From positions 1 to 47,083 of the forward strand of contig JAGLYK010000006.1 of the NCBI GenBank assembly GCA_023132255.1: a stretch of DNA of 47,083 nt. The letters run 5' to 3'. Under the pieces are notes generated by a model. The model did not search any database. It was not told where the DNA came from and was given only the letters and a program-made list of their open reading frames with translations. The position numbers and the translations under genes were made by a program. This document shows positions 46,008 through 47,083 of this stretch, piece after piece. The stretch comes from Candidatus Pacearchaeota archaeon (lineage in GTDB: Archaea > Nanobdellota > Nanobdellia > Pacearchaeales > GW2011-AR1). How positions within the stretch are numbered: the stretch's first letter is position 1; every line of letters begins with the position of its first letter.

Positions 46008-46976
46008 ATGGATGAAGACAAACATATTCCTGAAAAAGAAGATGAGGAAACTCATTCTCATCAAGAGGGAAAGCTAACTAAAAAAATGAGGGAGAACCCG
46101 TGGATTCTTTCGACATTTGTTCTTGGGGTTTTGGGTTTGATATTATTAGTTGGAAATTTTTCTGGGGGGGTTACTGGGAATGTGGTTTCAGAAAATGATG
46201 CTGGAGAAGCTTTATTAAATTTTGCCAACAATCAAGGGGCAGAAGCAGAATTGGTTGATGTTGAAGATATTGGAGATTTTTATGAAGTTACTTTAATGGT
46301 GAAGGGGCAAAATCTTCCTTTGATGGTTACAAAAGATGGGGAATATTTTTTATCTGGAGGTTTAGTTTCCTTGAATGAAGTTCAACAACAAGATTCTCAA
46401 CAAGAAGAGTCTAAAGATATTATTAAATCTGATAAACCAGTTGTTGAGTTGTTTATTATGACTCATTGTCCTTATGGAACTCAGGCAGAAAAGGGAATGA
46501 TTCCTGTGATGGAAGCTTTGGGTGATAATGCAGATATTCAAATAAGATTTGTTCATTATTATATGCATGAACCAGAAGAAACAGAAACTCCAAGGCAAGT
46601 TTGTATAAGGGAAGAACAACCTGAGAAGTGGTTGACTTACTTAAGATGTTTCTTAGAAGATGGAGATGCAGATAGATGTTTGACAGAAGTAGGAATTAAT
46701 CAAGCTGAATTAAATGATTGTGTTAGTAATAATGCTGATGGATATTATGCAGAGGATTCTGATTTGAGTAATGATTATGGGGTTCAAGGAAGCCCGACTT
46801 TAGTTATTAATGGTGAAATCATAAGTAGTGCACGAAGTCCTGCAGCTTATTTAGAAACAATTTGTCAAGCGTTTAATGAAATGCCTTCAGAATGTGAATT
46901 AGAACTTGATACTAGTTCTCCAAGTCCAATGTGGGGATGGGATGCTTCTGGTTCTGATACAACTGCTCAATGCTGA
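46008..46976 (+). CDS. Membrane-anchored thioredoxin-fold (DsbA-like) protein
   Basis: TM helix, FIMTHCPYG, GVQGSPTLVING; start reassigned to ATG 46008. Confidence 0.75.
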   Translation: MDEDKHIPEKEDEETHSHQEGKLTKKMRENPWILSTFVLGVLGLILLVGNFSGGVTGNVVSENDAGEALLNFANNQGAEAELVDVEDIGDFYEVTLMVKGQNLPLMVTKDGEYFLSGGLVSLNEVQQQDSQQEESKDIIKSDKPVVELFIMTHCPYGTQAEKGMIPVMEALGDNADIQIRFVHYYMHEPEETETPRQVCIREEQPEKWLTYLRCFLEDGDADRCLTEVGINQAELNDCVSNNADGYYAEDSDLSNDYGVQGSPTLVINGEIISSARSPAAYLETICQAFNEMPSECELELDTSSPSPMWGWDASGSDTTAQC

Positions 46977-47030
46977 TTAATATATTTCCACTACATAAAT
47001 ATTTTTAAACTATTCTCTTAAATTTACTTT

Positions 47031-47083
47031 ATGAAAAGGGTGATAACATCAGAATCTGTAACAGAAGGACATCCTGATAAAAT
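47031..47083 (+). CDS. metK: S-adenosylmethionine synthetase, bacterial type (3'-truncated)
   Basis: MKRVITSESVTEGHPDK N-terminal signature. Confidence 0.85.
   Translation, partial: MKRVITSESVTEGHPDK

Noticed and set aside
373-46619. Numerous 60-156-aa ORFs antisense to or nested in identified genes (e.g. 2690-2890, 19291-19701, 21765-22232, 41067-41537)
   Set aside because: Shadow ORFs of well-supported genes with Phe/Ser/Leu-biased composition and no motifs.

Overview
AT-rich chromosomal segment of a small-genome archaeon. DPANN, most likely Pacearchaeota-like, is inferred from gene content. Archaeal informational genes (map, cdc48, TFS, topA, radB, rpoL, aRF1, valS, NAC, Sec61beta, rpl15e, ATP-dependent ligase, TBP, MCM, tRNA-Lys(CUU), tRNA-Ile(GAU)) are mixed with bacterial-type genes (full-length RelA/SpoT homologue, single-knuckle MetRS, bacterial-type MetK, M23 peptidase, orphan receiver domain) and short ORFans. 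The most striking unexplained signal is a set of small structured DNA/RNA elements. (i) Four copies of a two-hairpin element with boundaries RCACC...GGYGTA...CCC...GGGC sit in frame (48, 51, 84, 96 nt) and in sense orientation inside topA, metG and an MBF1-like gene. (ii) Further double-hairpin inserts occur in map, in topA and at two gene starts. (iii) Two ~158-bp tRNA-derived tandem units follow tRNA-Lys, each with a different hairpin cargo in the T-loop; one cargo recurs 22 kb away inside a small ORF. No integrase, transposase or CRISPR array was recognised. All calls are from motif reading by eye; no database search was run.
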